Shown one piece after another: positions 53,292-61,959 of a stretch of 64,000 nucleotides of DNA. Both the position numbers and the translations under genes were made by a program. The number at the start of each line of letters is the position of its first letter. Positions within the stretch are counted from its first letter, which is position 1. Origin of the DNA: Candidatus Marinacidobacterales bacterium (lineage in GTDB: Bacteria > Acidobacteriota > Vicinamibacteria > Marinacidobacterales > SMYC01); the NCBI GenBank assembly GCA_965237955.1, contig OZ250169.1:1568001-1632000 (forward strand). The letters are read 5' to 3'. The notes beneath the pieces are model-generated. The model was given only the letters and a program-made list of their open reading frames with translations. It searched no databases and was not told the origin of the DNA.

Positions 53292-54812
53292 TCATGGCAT
53301 CTCCGGAAGGCCCAGAAGGCGACGCCGCGCGCGATCGCGCGCTTGGGCAATGGCGACGTTGTCGGGAGCAAGCGCCAACGCGCGATCGTAGTAGGCAACC
53401 GCGTCGCCAATTTGCCCGAGCGCTTCCGCCGAGCCGGCCATCAGGACCCAGACGTCGACTTCATCGGCGAACTGGCGCTCGGTAGCACCGAGGTGCGTCA
53501 AAACGTCTCGATAGCGCCGTGAGGCGTACAGAAGACGTGCGAGCTCGAGATGCACGCGCACTTCATCCCCGTTGAGCTCGAGCGCAGCTTCCAACTCTTC
53601 GATCGCACGCGCTCTCGCGCCGCGCTCGGCGAGCGCGAGTCCTCGCGCGAAGCGATAGCGTCCCTCTTCGGCGCGCGTTCGAGCCCGCACGAGAACACGC
53701 GCGGGCTCGGGGTGGGCTCCGAGCTCGTTCTCGAATGCGAGAGCGCGCGCTTCGTTGTCGTCCACCGTCCACGTGTGCCACGTGTTGTCGACGAGCTCCG
53801 TGACCACAGCCCCGGCGCCATCGGTCACGAGCGCCAATTCGAAGCGCTCGTCGTTCGGCTGCACGATTCTCCGTCCTCGAAAGCTCAGCCGCGTCATCGT
53901 CAGCGCTTGCCTTTCTCTCGCGGACACGTCGAGCTCGATCGAATCTTCCCAGCGCTCACGCTCGACGGCGACTCCGACGAGCCGACCCACAAGGGTGAAA
54001 CGCACGCGGTAGCGCTCACCCTGCGCGCGCCATCGCAAATACCGGCTCGCGCCCGGAGCGAGCTCGAGAGCGTAGTGAAGCTCAAAAACGCCGGCATCGT
54101 CGGCGAACACCGACGAGACGAGCCGTGAGCGAAGCTCGCGCGTGCTCACCGCCACCCGCACGTTTTCGCCGAATACGCGATCACGCTCACGGAGCTCTGG
54201 GAAGGCGTCGAGACTCGCGAGGAGCGAGAGCGCCTCCTGTCGGCCTCCGCCGGGAACGAGCCCTTCTACTGCGAGCGCGAGCTCGGGGTCGACCGCGTCG
54301 AGCCCGGGGTCGGCTCCGAGCTCGAACGCTGAAGGCTCCGCCGCCGGCACGAGCGCCCCGACGCCGTCGGTGGCCGGATTCCAAAGACCGTACTCACCGG
54401 AGCCGCCACGTCGAAAGAACACGAGGTAAAACGAGTCCGGGAGGAACGAGACGTCGACACCGGTGTAATGCCAGAGCTCGGACGGCAGGATGCGGTGGCC
54501 GGCGCGGGTAAGATCTTCTCGAAAGCTCGGCGCACCGAGAAGTTGGTAGACGCGTCCGCGTTCAGACCACCGGCCAAGGTGTCCGAACAGACGCTCGCAC
54601 GCACGAAGCCTTTCGTGATGGCGGTTGCGATCCCGGTGGCTCCAAAACGCCTCGATGAAGCGATCCCGCAGATCCTCGGTCTCGAGCGCGCCGAATCGCG
54701 CGCGCTCGTCCGCGGTCAACAGAAAGTGGGCCTCGTCCTCGAGAAAAACGCGGTGACGCTCGGCGAGCGGCACCGGCAAAAGACCGAGAACGAGGAGCAT
54801 GACGGCCGCCAC
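53292..54812 (-). CDS. GWxTD-domain protein with C-terminal TPRs
   Basis: LLTADER..F..L..RDRFIEAFWSHRD..SERGRVYQLLGAP..ELWHY; C-terminal TPRs. Confidence 0.8.
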   Translation of the reverse strand: MAAVMLLVLGLLPVPLAERHRVFLEDEAHFLLTADERARFGALETEDLRDRFIEAFWSHRDRNRHHERLRACERLFGHLGRWSERGRVYQLLGAPSFREDLTRAGHRILPSELWHYTGVDVSFLPDSFYLVFFRRGGSGEYGLWNPATDGVGALVPAAEPSAFELGADPGLDAVDPELALAVEGLVPGGGRQEALSLLASLDAFPELRERDRVFGENVRVAVSTRELRSRLVSSVFADDAGVFELHYALELAPGASRYLRWRAQGERYRVRFTLVGRLVGVAVERERWEDSIELDVSARERQALTMTRLSFRGRRIVQPNDERFELALVTDGAGAVVTELVDNTWHTWTVDDNEARALAFENELGAHPEPARVLVRARTRAEEGRYRFARGLALAERGARARAIEELEAALELNGDEVRVHLELARLLYASRRYRDVLTHLGATERQFADEVDVWVLMAGSAEALGQIGDAVAYYDRALALAPDNVAIAQARDRARRRLLGLPEMP

Positions 54813-54871
54813 CGCCCGACAATAGCATGGGAGCGATTCTCAACAGTATGCTAGAGTTAGGGGATCAAGCT

Positions 54872-55666
54872 ATGAGCCGTCAGGATATTCTCGACACGAC
54901 CCGCGAAGGGTCCGTCGAGCGACAGCTCTTCGACCAAATCGACTTCGAGCGGATTCCGCGCCACGTCGCCATCATCATGGATGGCAATGGGCGTTGGGCC
55001 AAAGGCCAAGGCCTTCCCCGCGTCGAAGGCCACCGCGCCGGGATCGCCTCCGTCCGCGAGACCGTCGAGACGTGCGCACGTTTGGATATCCCGGTCTTGA
55101 CGCTGTACGCGTTCTCCGTCGAAAACTGGAAGCGCCCGCGGAGCGAAGTCGACGTCCTGATGATGCTGTTGAAGCAGTACCTTCGTCTCGAGCTCTCGAC
55201 ATTGATGAAGAACGATATTCGCTTCCAGGTCTTAGGGCGCATGCCGGATCTTCCCGACGACGTGGTGTCGGAGCTCGAAGCGGGTATGGAGCAGACGCGT
55301 GACAACCGCGGCCTTCTCTTCAACATCGCGTTGAACTACGGCGGGCGGGCCGAGATCGTTGACGCGTGCCAACGCATCGTCGACGAGGCGGTGGCGAAAG
55401 GCGAGGCGCCTATTATCGATGAAGCTTTCTTCTCGCGGCATCTCTATACGTCCGGTGTCGTCGATCCGGATTTGCTGATCCGCACGAGCGGCGAGCTCCG
55501 TGTCTCGAACTTCCTCCTGTGGCAGATCGCGTACGCCGAAATCTGGGTTACTGACACGTTGTGGCCGGAATTTCGAAAACGCGAGCTCTTCGAAGCCATC
55601 ATCGCTTATCAGAAGCGCGACCGGCGCTACGGCGGCATTGCCACGAAGGCACGCAGCACCGCCTGA
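54872..55666 (+). CDS. uppS: Undecaprenyl diphosphate synthase (isoprenyl transferase)
   Basis: PRHVAIIMDGNGRWA, YAFSVENWKRP, NYGGR, IRTSGELRVSNFLLWQ. Confidence 0.97.
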   Translation: MSRQDILDTTREGSVERQLFDQIDFERIPRHVAIIMDGNGRWAKGQGLPRVEGHRAGIASVRETVETCARLDIPVLTLYAFSVENWKRPRSEVDVLMMLLKQYLRLELSTLMKNDIRFQVLGRMPDLPDDVVSELEAGMEQTRDNRGLLFNIALNYGGRAEIVDACQRIVDEAVAKGEAPIIDEAFFSRHLYTSGVVDPDLLIRTSGELRVSNFLLWQIAYAEIWVTDTLWPEFRKRELFEAIIAYQKRDRRYGGIATKARSTA

Positions 55667-55686
55667 GGTCCCGAGCGCCTGAGAGT

Positions 55687-56487
55687 ATGAGACGGCTTGT
55701 CACGGCGGCCGTCGCCGTTCCTCTTCTCCTGCTCGTCATTCTGCGCGGTCCGGCGTCGCTGTTCCTCGTCTTGGTGGTCGTGTTCGCGCTCGCCTGTTTT
55801 TGGGAGCTCTCCAAGATGCTGAAGAGCTCGGACTCGGACAAAACGCTCTTACCGGTCGGGTACGTCGCCACCGGTCTTGTGACCGCGTCGTTCTACTTCC
55901 CGCGATTGTCGTTCATGCACGCGAGCCTCATCGCGTTATTGCTCATCGGCGTCGGCGTGGTGGTGCATCGGCGACCCGAGCCGGACAATCTCGTCGCAGC
56001 GATGGGGACGGTGTTCGCGACGTTCTACGTCGGAGCCCTTCTCGGAAGCCTCGTCGGACTACGGATGGTGGAGCCCGATCCGGACGGACGCCGCTGGGTC
56101 GTGTTCCTGATGACCGTCGTCTTCGTCGGCGATGCCGGCGCGTACTACGTCGGCAAGTCTGTCGGAAAACACGCGCTCGCCCCGCGATTGAGCCCCAAGA
56201 AAACGATGGAGGGTCTCGCGGGAGACGTCGTGTTCGCGATGGCGATGGCGGTCGTGCTCAACGAGCTCTGGTTCCCGGGATTGCCCATCGCCACCGTGGC
56301 GGGTCTGGGTGTGGTGCTGTCGCTTCTAGGCGTCGGCGGCGACCTGTTCGAGTCATTCCTGAAACGCTCGGCCGAGGTAAAAGACACGTCGTCCCTCATT
56401 CCGGGCCACGGGGGCGTGTTGGATCGTGTGGACTCCGTATTGTTTGCGGCACCAGCTTTACTGCTATGCGTTTGGTGGTTTCTTTGA
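55687..56487 (+). CDS. cdsA: Phosphatidate cytidylyltransferase
   Basis: DAGAYYVG, LSPKKTMEG, GDLFESFLKR..KD, PGHGGVLDRVDS. Confidence 0.97.
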   Translation: MRRLVTAAVAVPLLLLVILRGPASLFLVLVVVFALACFWELSKMLKSSDSDKTLLPVGYVATGLVTASFYFPRLSFMHASLIALLLIGVGVVVHRRPEPDNLVAAMGTVFATFYVGALLGSLVGLRMVEPDPDGRRWVVFLMTVVFVGDAGAYYVGKSVGKHALAPRLSPKKTMEGLAGDVVFAMAMAVVLNELWFPGLPIATVAGLGVVLSLLGVGGDLFESFLKRSAEVKDTSSLIPGHGGVLDRVDSVLFAAPALLLCVWWFL

Positions 56488-56488
56488 T

Positions 56489-56619
56489 CAGCATTCAGCC
56501 GATTCGCGTCGTGCCTGTAACAGGGGAGTAACTTACCGGCAGAACGGTGCTCGATATGCGAACGACGCAATTTACTGGCAGGGCGTGGAGTGGACTGGAT
56601 GCTGGATGCTGAATGCTGG
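56489..56619. repeat. 7-mer (GGATGCT) repeats with an 11-bp inverted partner
   Basis: CAGCATTCAGC (56489-56499) vs GCTGAATGCTG (56608-56618) within CTGGATGCTGGATGCTGAATGCTGG. Confidence 0.6.
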
Positions 56620-56634
56620 GCTAGAATAGAAACC

Positions 56635-57801
56635 GTGAGAGGCATTTCCATCCTTGGGTCCACGGGATCCATTGGCACCAATACCTTGCGGGTGATCGAT
56701 CGCTTTCCCGAGCGGTTTCGAGTGGTCGGTCTTGCTGCGGGACGCCGTGTCGACGAGCTCGGCGATCAAATCGCGAAGTACCGGCCGGCCATCGTCAGTG
56801 TGGCGAGCGCTGAGCTTGCCGAAACCCTGAGCCGTGACTTTCCCGATGTCGAGGTCCGGTGCGGAGTCGAGGGGCTCGTCGACGTTGCGACGCACACGGA
56901 TGCGGACTTCGTCATGTCGGCGACCGTGGGCGCGGTCGGTCTCGTGCCGACGCTTTCCGCCATCGAATCCGGAAAGACGGTGGGACTCGCGAACAAAGAG
57001 ACGCTGGTGATGGCGGGCGAGCTCATGATGCGCGCCGCGGCGGCGGCAGGAAACGCTCTTCTTCCCGTGGACAGCGAGCACAACGCCATCCACCAATGCC
57101 TCGACGGTCGCAAGCAACCGGTGAAACGCATCTGGCTCACCGCTTCCGGCGGTCCGTTCCGCACCGCCAGCCGGGAAGAAATGCGCGACGCGACCCCAAA
57201 AAGGGCGCTCGAGCATCCGACGTGGAAGATGGGACCCAAAATCACCATCGACTCCGCGACGATGATGAACAAAGGGCTCGAGATTATCGAAGCGCATTGG
57301 CTTTTCGACGTTCGGCCGGAGCAGGTCCGCGTCGTGGTGCACCCGCAGTCGACGATCCATTCGATGGTCGAGCTAGAAGACGGTTCGTTCATCGCACAAC
57401 TCGGCGTGACCGACATGCGGCTCCCGATCCAATACGCGTTGACGTACCCTGAGCGTCTCGACGTGGGTCTTCCGCCCATGGATCTGGATGCGCCCATGCG
57501 ACTCGATCTCGAGCCGCCCGACTTCGAGCGCTTCAAATGCCTCGCGCTCGCCTATGAAGCCCTCGACGCCGGCGGAACCGCACCGGCGGCGCTCAACGCC
57601 GCCAACGAAGTTGCCGTCGCCGCGTTTCTCGACGAGCGCATCGGTTTTCTCACGATTCCGGAAATTTTGGAAGAAACCCTTTCACGTCACGATCCCCTTC
57701 CCGTACGTGATCTCAAGACCGTGCTCGAGGCTGATCAATGGGCGCGCACGGAGGCCGAGCGGCTCATCCGTTCGCCCGTCATGACGCCTTCGACTCGATG
57801 A
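56635..57801 (+). CDS. dxr: 1-deoxy-D-xylulose-5-phosphate reductoisomerase
   Basis: ILGSTGSIG, LANKE, PVDSEH, LTASGGPF, WKMGPKITIDSAT, NAANE. Confidence 0.98.
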   Translation: MRGISILGSTGSIGTNTLRVIDRFPERFRVVGLAAGRRVDELGDQIAKYRPAIVSVASAELAETLSRDFPDVEVRCGVEGLVDVATHTDADFVMSATVGAVGLVPTLSAIESGKTVGLANKETLVMAGELMMRAAAAAGNALLPVDSEHNAIHQCLDGRKQPVKRIWLTASGGPFRTASREEMRDATPKRALEHPTWKMGPKITIDSATMMNKGLEIIEAHWLFDVRPEQVRVVVHPQSTIHSMVELEDGSFIAQLGVTDMRLPIQYALTYPERLDVGLPPMDLDAPMRLDLEPPDFERFKCLALAYEALDAGGTAPAALNAANEVAVAAFLDERIGFLTIPEILEETLSRHDPLPVRDLKTVLEADQWARTEAERLIRSPVMTPSTR

Positions 57802-57808
57802 CGACACT

Positions 57809-59125
57809 ATGACCACGCTACTAGCTTTCATCTTCGTCCTTGGGGTTCTCGTATTCGTCCACGAGGCGGGTCACTTCCTCACCGCCAAGTGGGTCGGCGT
57901 ACGCGTGAAGGTGTTCTCTCTCGGCTTTCCCCCCAAGATAATAGGACGGACCTGGGGCGATACCGAGTACCGCATCGGCGCGCTCCCGCTCGGCGGTTAC
58001 GTCAAGATGGCGGGAGACAACCCGTTGGAGGCGACCGGGGACCCCGAAGAGTTCATGAGTCGCTCCAAATGGGAACGGTTGGCGATTCTCTTCGCCGGCC
58101 CGGTGATGAACCTCGTCCTCGCCGTCCTCATCCTGACGGTGTTGTTCATGGTCGGCATCGACCGGCCGGCCGGGCTCGACGATCCCGCGGTGGTGCGCTT
58201 CGTCGCCGAAGACTCGGCCGCAAGCCGTGCCGGCCTCGAACCGGGTGACCAGATCGTCGCCATCGACGGCGCACCGATCGAGAACTGGCGCGACGCCCTC
58301 GACGACTTCCTCGTGAGCGCGAACGAAACGTTGACCGTCAGCTTGCTTCGAGACGGAGAGACGATCGAACGCGACGTCATCGTCGAAGCACGCGGCGAGG
58401 ATGAGATCGGATACGCGGGTGTGTTCCCGGCCGTCCAACCTCAAGTTCTTAGGTTGCGCGAAGACTTTCCCGCTGAGCGCGCGGGCATGCAACCAGACGA
58501 CGTCATCACCAAAGTCGACGGCGCTCCGATCTTCTATTACACCGAGCTCATCGACGCCATCGAAGCGCGTGATGGGGCGCCGGTGCTCATCGGAGTTCTG
58601 CGCGTCGACGAGACCCTCGAGTTCGACCTCACGCCCCAAAAAGACGGCGACCGGTGGCTCATCGGAATCGAGTTCAATCCTTCACCGACGGTGATCTATC
58701 AAGTCTCGAATCCGGCGCTCGCGTTCGCCGCGGCGCTCGGGGAGACGGAGCGCTTCACGCGCCTGACGTTCATCGTCCTCGGAAGGCTCCTCACCGGACG
58801 CGCGTCGGTCAACACGTTGTCCGGACCCATCGGTATCGCGGAGGCTTCAGGTGAGACCGCCCGCCGTGGCCCACGGCAGCTGTTCATGTTCATGGCGTTT
58901 TTGAGCTTGAACCTTGGTATCTTGAACTTGCTCCCCATCCCCCTCCTCGACGGCGGGCACATGGCGGTCATCGCCATCGAAGGACTCGCGGGCCGTGACT
59001 TCAGCCTTCGCGCCAAAGAACGCATCCTCCAAGTCGGCTTCGTGATGCTGATGCTTCTGATGGTCACGGTCATATACGTCGACCTTTCCAAGATCGATTC
59101 GATCGGTAAATATTTGCCGTGGTAG
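57809..59125 (+). CDS. rseP: RIP metalloprotease RseP
   Basis: HEAGH, PLGGYV, AGP..N, two PDZ domains, NLLPIPLLDGG. Confidence 0.96.
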   Translation: MTTLLAFIFVLGVLVFVHEAGHFLTAKWVGVRVKVFSLGFPPKIIGRTWGDTEYRIGALPLGGYVKMAGDNPLEATGDPEEFMSRSKWERLAILFAGPVMNLVLAVLILTVLFMVGIDRPAGLDDPAVVRFVAEDSAASRAGLEPGDQIVAIDGAPIENWRDALDDFLVSANETLTVSLLRDGETIERDVIVEARGEDEIGYAGVFPAVQPQVLRLREDFPAERAGMQPDDVITKVDGAPIFYYTELIDAIEARDGAPVLIGVLRVDETLEFDLTPQKDGDRWLIGIEFNPSPTVIYQVSNPALAFAAALGETERFTRLTFIVLGRLLTGRASVNTLSGPIGIAEASGETARRGPRQLFMFMAFLSLNLGILNLLPIPLLDGGHMAVIAIEGLAGRDFSLRAKERILQVGFVMLMLLMVTVIYVDLSKIDSIGKYLPW

Positions 59126-59141
59126 GGAGATCACGACGGCG

Positions 59142-59176
59142 ATCCGCCGTCCGCCATCGGCCATCAGCCGTCAGCC
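59142..59176. repeat. 7-mer repeat, reverse orientation of those at 31926 and 36441
   Basis: ATCCGCCGTCCGCCATCGGCCATCAGCCGTCAGCC. Confidence 0.75.
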
Positions 59177-59203
59177 CTGCGGTCTGATAACGTTCTCAGC
59201 CTT

Positions 59204-60313
59204 ATGAAGATCGAGTCCATCGTTATTCACGAGGTGAAGCTCGACCTCAAGCATTTTTTCGAGACCAGCTTTGCTCGTGTCACCTACGAGCATTTCCTGC
59301 TCCTTCAAGTGACCGTCGACGGCGTCACCGGATGGAGTGAATGCGTTGCTTCCGAGGCGCCCACTTATTCATCCGAGACGGTGAAGACGGCGCTTCACGC
59401 CATCGAAGACTTCATTGCTCCTCATGTGTTCGCGCGCGACTACGACCACCCCGACGACATTCTCCCGTCGCTCCACCACGTGCGCGGCCACAACATGGCG
59501 AAGGCCGCCGTGGAAATGGGGATGTGGGAAGCGTATGCGCGCATGCGCGGCGAGTCTCTTTCGGAAGCCCTCGGCGGCACACGCACCGAGATTGCGTCCG
59601 GCGTTTCCATTGGCATCCAGGACAGCGTCGACCAACTCCTCGACAAGATCGCACAAGAGCTCGCAGACGGCTATCGTCGCATCAAGATGAAGATCAAGCC
59701 CGGGTGGGATCTCGACGTCGTTCGCCAGGTGCGCGCGCGGTTTCCCGACACCCTCCTGATGGTCGACGCCAACAGCGCCTACTCGCTCGCCGACGTCGCG
59801 CTCTTTCAAAAGATGGACGAGCTCGATTTCATGATGATCGAACAACCCCTCCACTACCAGGATATGTGGGATCACGCCAAGCTCCAGAAAGAGATCCGCA
59901 CTCCCGTTTGTCTCGATGAGTCCATCCATTCGGTCGAGGACGCCCGGCGAGCGATCGAGATGGAAGCGACGCGCATCATCAACATCAAAGCGGGCCGTGT
60001 GGGTGGCCTTTCGAGTGCGCGCGCGATCCAAAAGCTCGCGGAAGACCACGGCATCCCCGTATGGTGTGGCGGGATGCTCGAAAGCGGCATCGGCCGCGCC
60101 CACAACGTGCACTTGTCGACGCTTTCGAATTTCACGTTGCCGGGAGACGTCGCCGACTCCAAGCGCTACTTCGTCGAAGAGCTCATCGAGCCGCGCGTCG
60201 AGGTTCGCCCCGACGGAACGATCGAAGTCCCGACGGGACCGGGAATCGGGTATGAGATCCAAGAAGATCGGATTGCGAAGCACCGGATCTCGAAGCGAGT
60301 GTTGGAGCCGTAG
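59204..60313 (+). CDS. menC: o-succinylbenzoate synthase / N-acylamino acid racemase (enolase superfamily)
   Basis: FETSF, GVSIG, RIKMKIKPGWD, VDAN, IEQP, LDES, WCGGMLESGIGR, LPGD. No other men genes nearby, so NAAAR function is plausible. Confidence 0.88.
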   Translation: MKIESIVIHEVKLDLKHFFETSFARVTYEHFLLLQVTVDGVTGWSECVASEAPTYSSETVKTALHAIEDFIAPHVFARDYDHPDDILPSLHHVRGHNMAKAAVEMGMWEAYARMRGESLSEALGGTRTEIASGVSIGIQDSVDQLLDKIAQELADGYRRIKMKIKPGWDLDVVRQVRARFPDTLLMVDANSAYSLADVALFQKMDELDFMMIEQPLHYQDMWDHAKLQKEIRTPVCLDESIHSVEDARRAIEMEATRIINIKAGRVGGLSSARAIQKLAEDHGIPVWCGGMLESGIGRAHNVHLSTLSNFTLPGDVADSKRYFVEELIEPRVEVRPDGTIEVPTGPGIGYEIQEDRIAKHRISKRVLEP

Positions 60314-60344
60314 CTCCCGTGCCCTTGCCTTTGCCCCTCCCCGT

Positions 60345-61431
60345 TGCCTTGGTGCACAACTCCGATAGAGGCCGATAGCTCGCTTGGCCCCGACTCCCAT
60401 CATCCGATCATCTCGCTATCAGGCATCCCGAGCGCCGTCATCGTGTTGAGAATCTTGCACCCGATCCTTGCCTCGACTCTCTGTGCCGCCAACCCTCTCG
60501 CTCGCATCGCTGAGCCCACGATAGCCTTGTAGCGATGGAACGTTGTCTCGACTTTGCTCCGTTTGCTGTAGCCCGATTCTGTGTGCCACTTTCGTTTGCC
60601 GAGCCGAGCTTGTGCTGCAATGTTGCGATTGCGCTGTCGGCTGCTCGCCGGCCCCGATGCGAGCTGGGCGCCCTTGCGCGGCGGTATCAGCACCCTCGGC
60701 GAGCGATGAGCGCTGTGATTCTCGATCGCCTCATAGACGCCGCCGGCGTCGTATGCGGTGTCAGCTCTGGCCGATGAGATGGGACTGTCGATCTGTCCGA
60801 CAAGCGATGCAACCCGCGATGAATCGCGGGCTCTTTTGCTCGTCAGCTCGCCGGCAACGACTTCGCCAGTCTGCTCGTCGACACACAGATGGAGCTTGCG
60901 ATAGTCCCTGCTCTTTGGTGCTCTGCGCAGCTGGCCGGCGTGGACAGCGAGACCGCTGCTGTCGATCAAGATGTGCAACGGCGTCTTGTGCTTGTCTTGG
61001 TAGAAGGGGACCTTACCCAGCTTCGCCTTGCGCCTCGAAATCGTGGTGTGATCGGGCACATCATGGTCTAGCTTCATCAGAGCGAACAACGATCGCAGCA
61101 ATCCCTCGCTCTGCCTAGATGACAGATGAAACACCATGCCCAGGGTGACAGCCGTCTCGATGGCGTGGTTCGAGTACTTGCGTTGACGGCCCGGTTTCCT
61201 CCTCCTCGGCCGGGGCGCGTCCCAGTTCACAAGCTTGCCGGCGGTGAGCGAGATCCAGACGGTCAGGCTCCCACGGTTGCGTAGACCCGCCTCATATTCA
61301 CGCCAATTCCTCACGCGATAGGCCTTCTTCACATACTTCCTCTGAGTGCGTTTGAAAATGCTCATGGGGAACTTCGAATCCGTGAGTAAAGGACAATTGT
61401 GGACCGAGATCGCGAGTTGTGCACCAAGGCA
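60345..61431 (-). mobile_element. IS5-family (IS903-like) insertion sequence, no TSD
   Basis: Perfect 18-bp TIR TGCCTTGGTGCACAACTC / GAGTTGTGCACCAAGGCA; the two flanks differ. Confidence 0.92.
60400..61365 (-). CDS. IS5-family DDE transposase
   Basis: YRVRNWREYEAGLRNRGSLTVW, VPDHTTISRR, IDSSG, RKLHL, ADTAYD, RSKVETTF. Confidence 0.95.
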   Translation of the reverse strand: MSIFKRTQRKYVKKAYRVRNWREYEAGLRNRGSLTVWISLTAGKLVNWDAPRPRRRKPGRQRKYSNHAIETAVTLGMVFHLSSRQSEGLLRSLFALMKLDHDVPDHTTISRRKAKLGKVPFYQDKHKTPLHILIDSSGLAVHAGQLRRAPKSRDYRKLHLCVDEQTGEVVAGELTSKRARDSSRVASLVGQIDSPISSARADTAYDAGGVYEAIENHSAHRSPRVLIPPRKGAQLASGPASSRQRNRNIAAQARLGKRKWHTESGYSKRSKVETTFHRYKAIVGSAMRARGLAAQRVEARIGCKILNTMTALGMPDSEMIG

Positions 61432-61929
61432 TCTTGCCGGCGAGATCGGCGATGGCGTGTTGCCCTTCTGTTTCCGCCTGAGCACTACTTCACGGTAAAG
61501 CCTCTCCTCGAGGAAGGGGCTCGTGCTCGCGACGCGTCGCTCGGCGAGATCGATTTCGCCGCGTGTCTATGGGTGTCGTTGTCGAGCGACGGCGACGCTG
61601 CCCGCTGTGCTCTTGCCGAGAAGATTGCGTACTATGGAGCATCACTTTCACCACTCATTCTCGAAAGGCTGTCTTTGACGCGAGACGATTTCGTTGCCAT
61701 CGACCGCGCCGTGCACCACGAGCGCGACATGGACAAAGCATGCTCCCTCGTCGACGAGCGCATGTTGCGCATCGGTGTCACCGGCAAGCCCAAAGACCTG
61801 ATTGACCGCCTCGAGCCGCTCGTAGAAGCGGGCGCGCGGCATTTGAGCTTCGGGCCGCCGCTCGGACCGGACCCCCTCGAAGCGGTCCGGCTTCTCGGCC
61901 GGGTCGTGCTTCCCTACTTTCGCTCTTGA
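61432..61929 (+). pseudogene. 3' half of an LLM-class flavin/F420-dependent oxidoreductase, truncated at the IS5 end
   Basis: LAGEIGDGVLP/LLFPPEHY..EKIAYYG..GARHLSFGPPLGPD; starts mid-domain. Confidence 0.8.
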
Positions 61930-61959
61930 TGACAAGATTCTACTGAGCAAGCACCGCAC

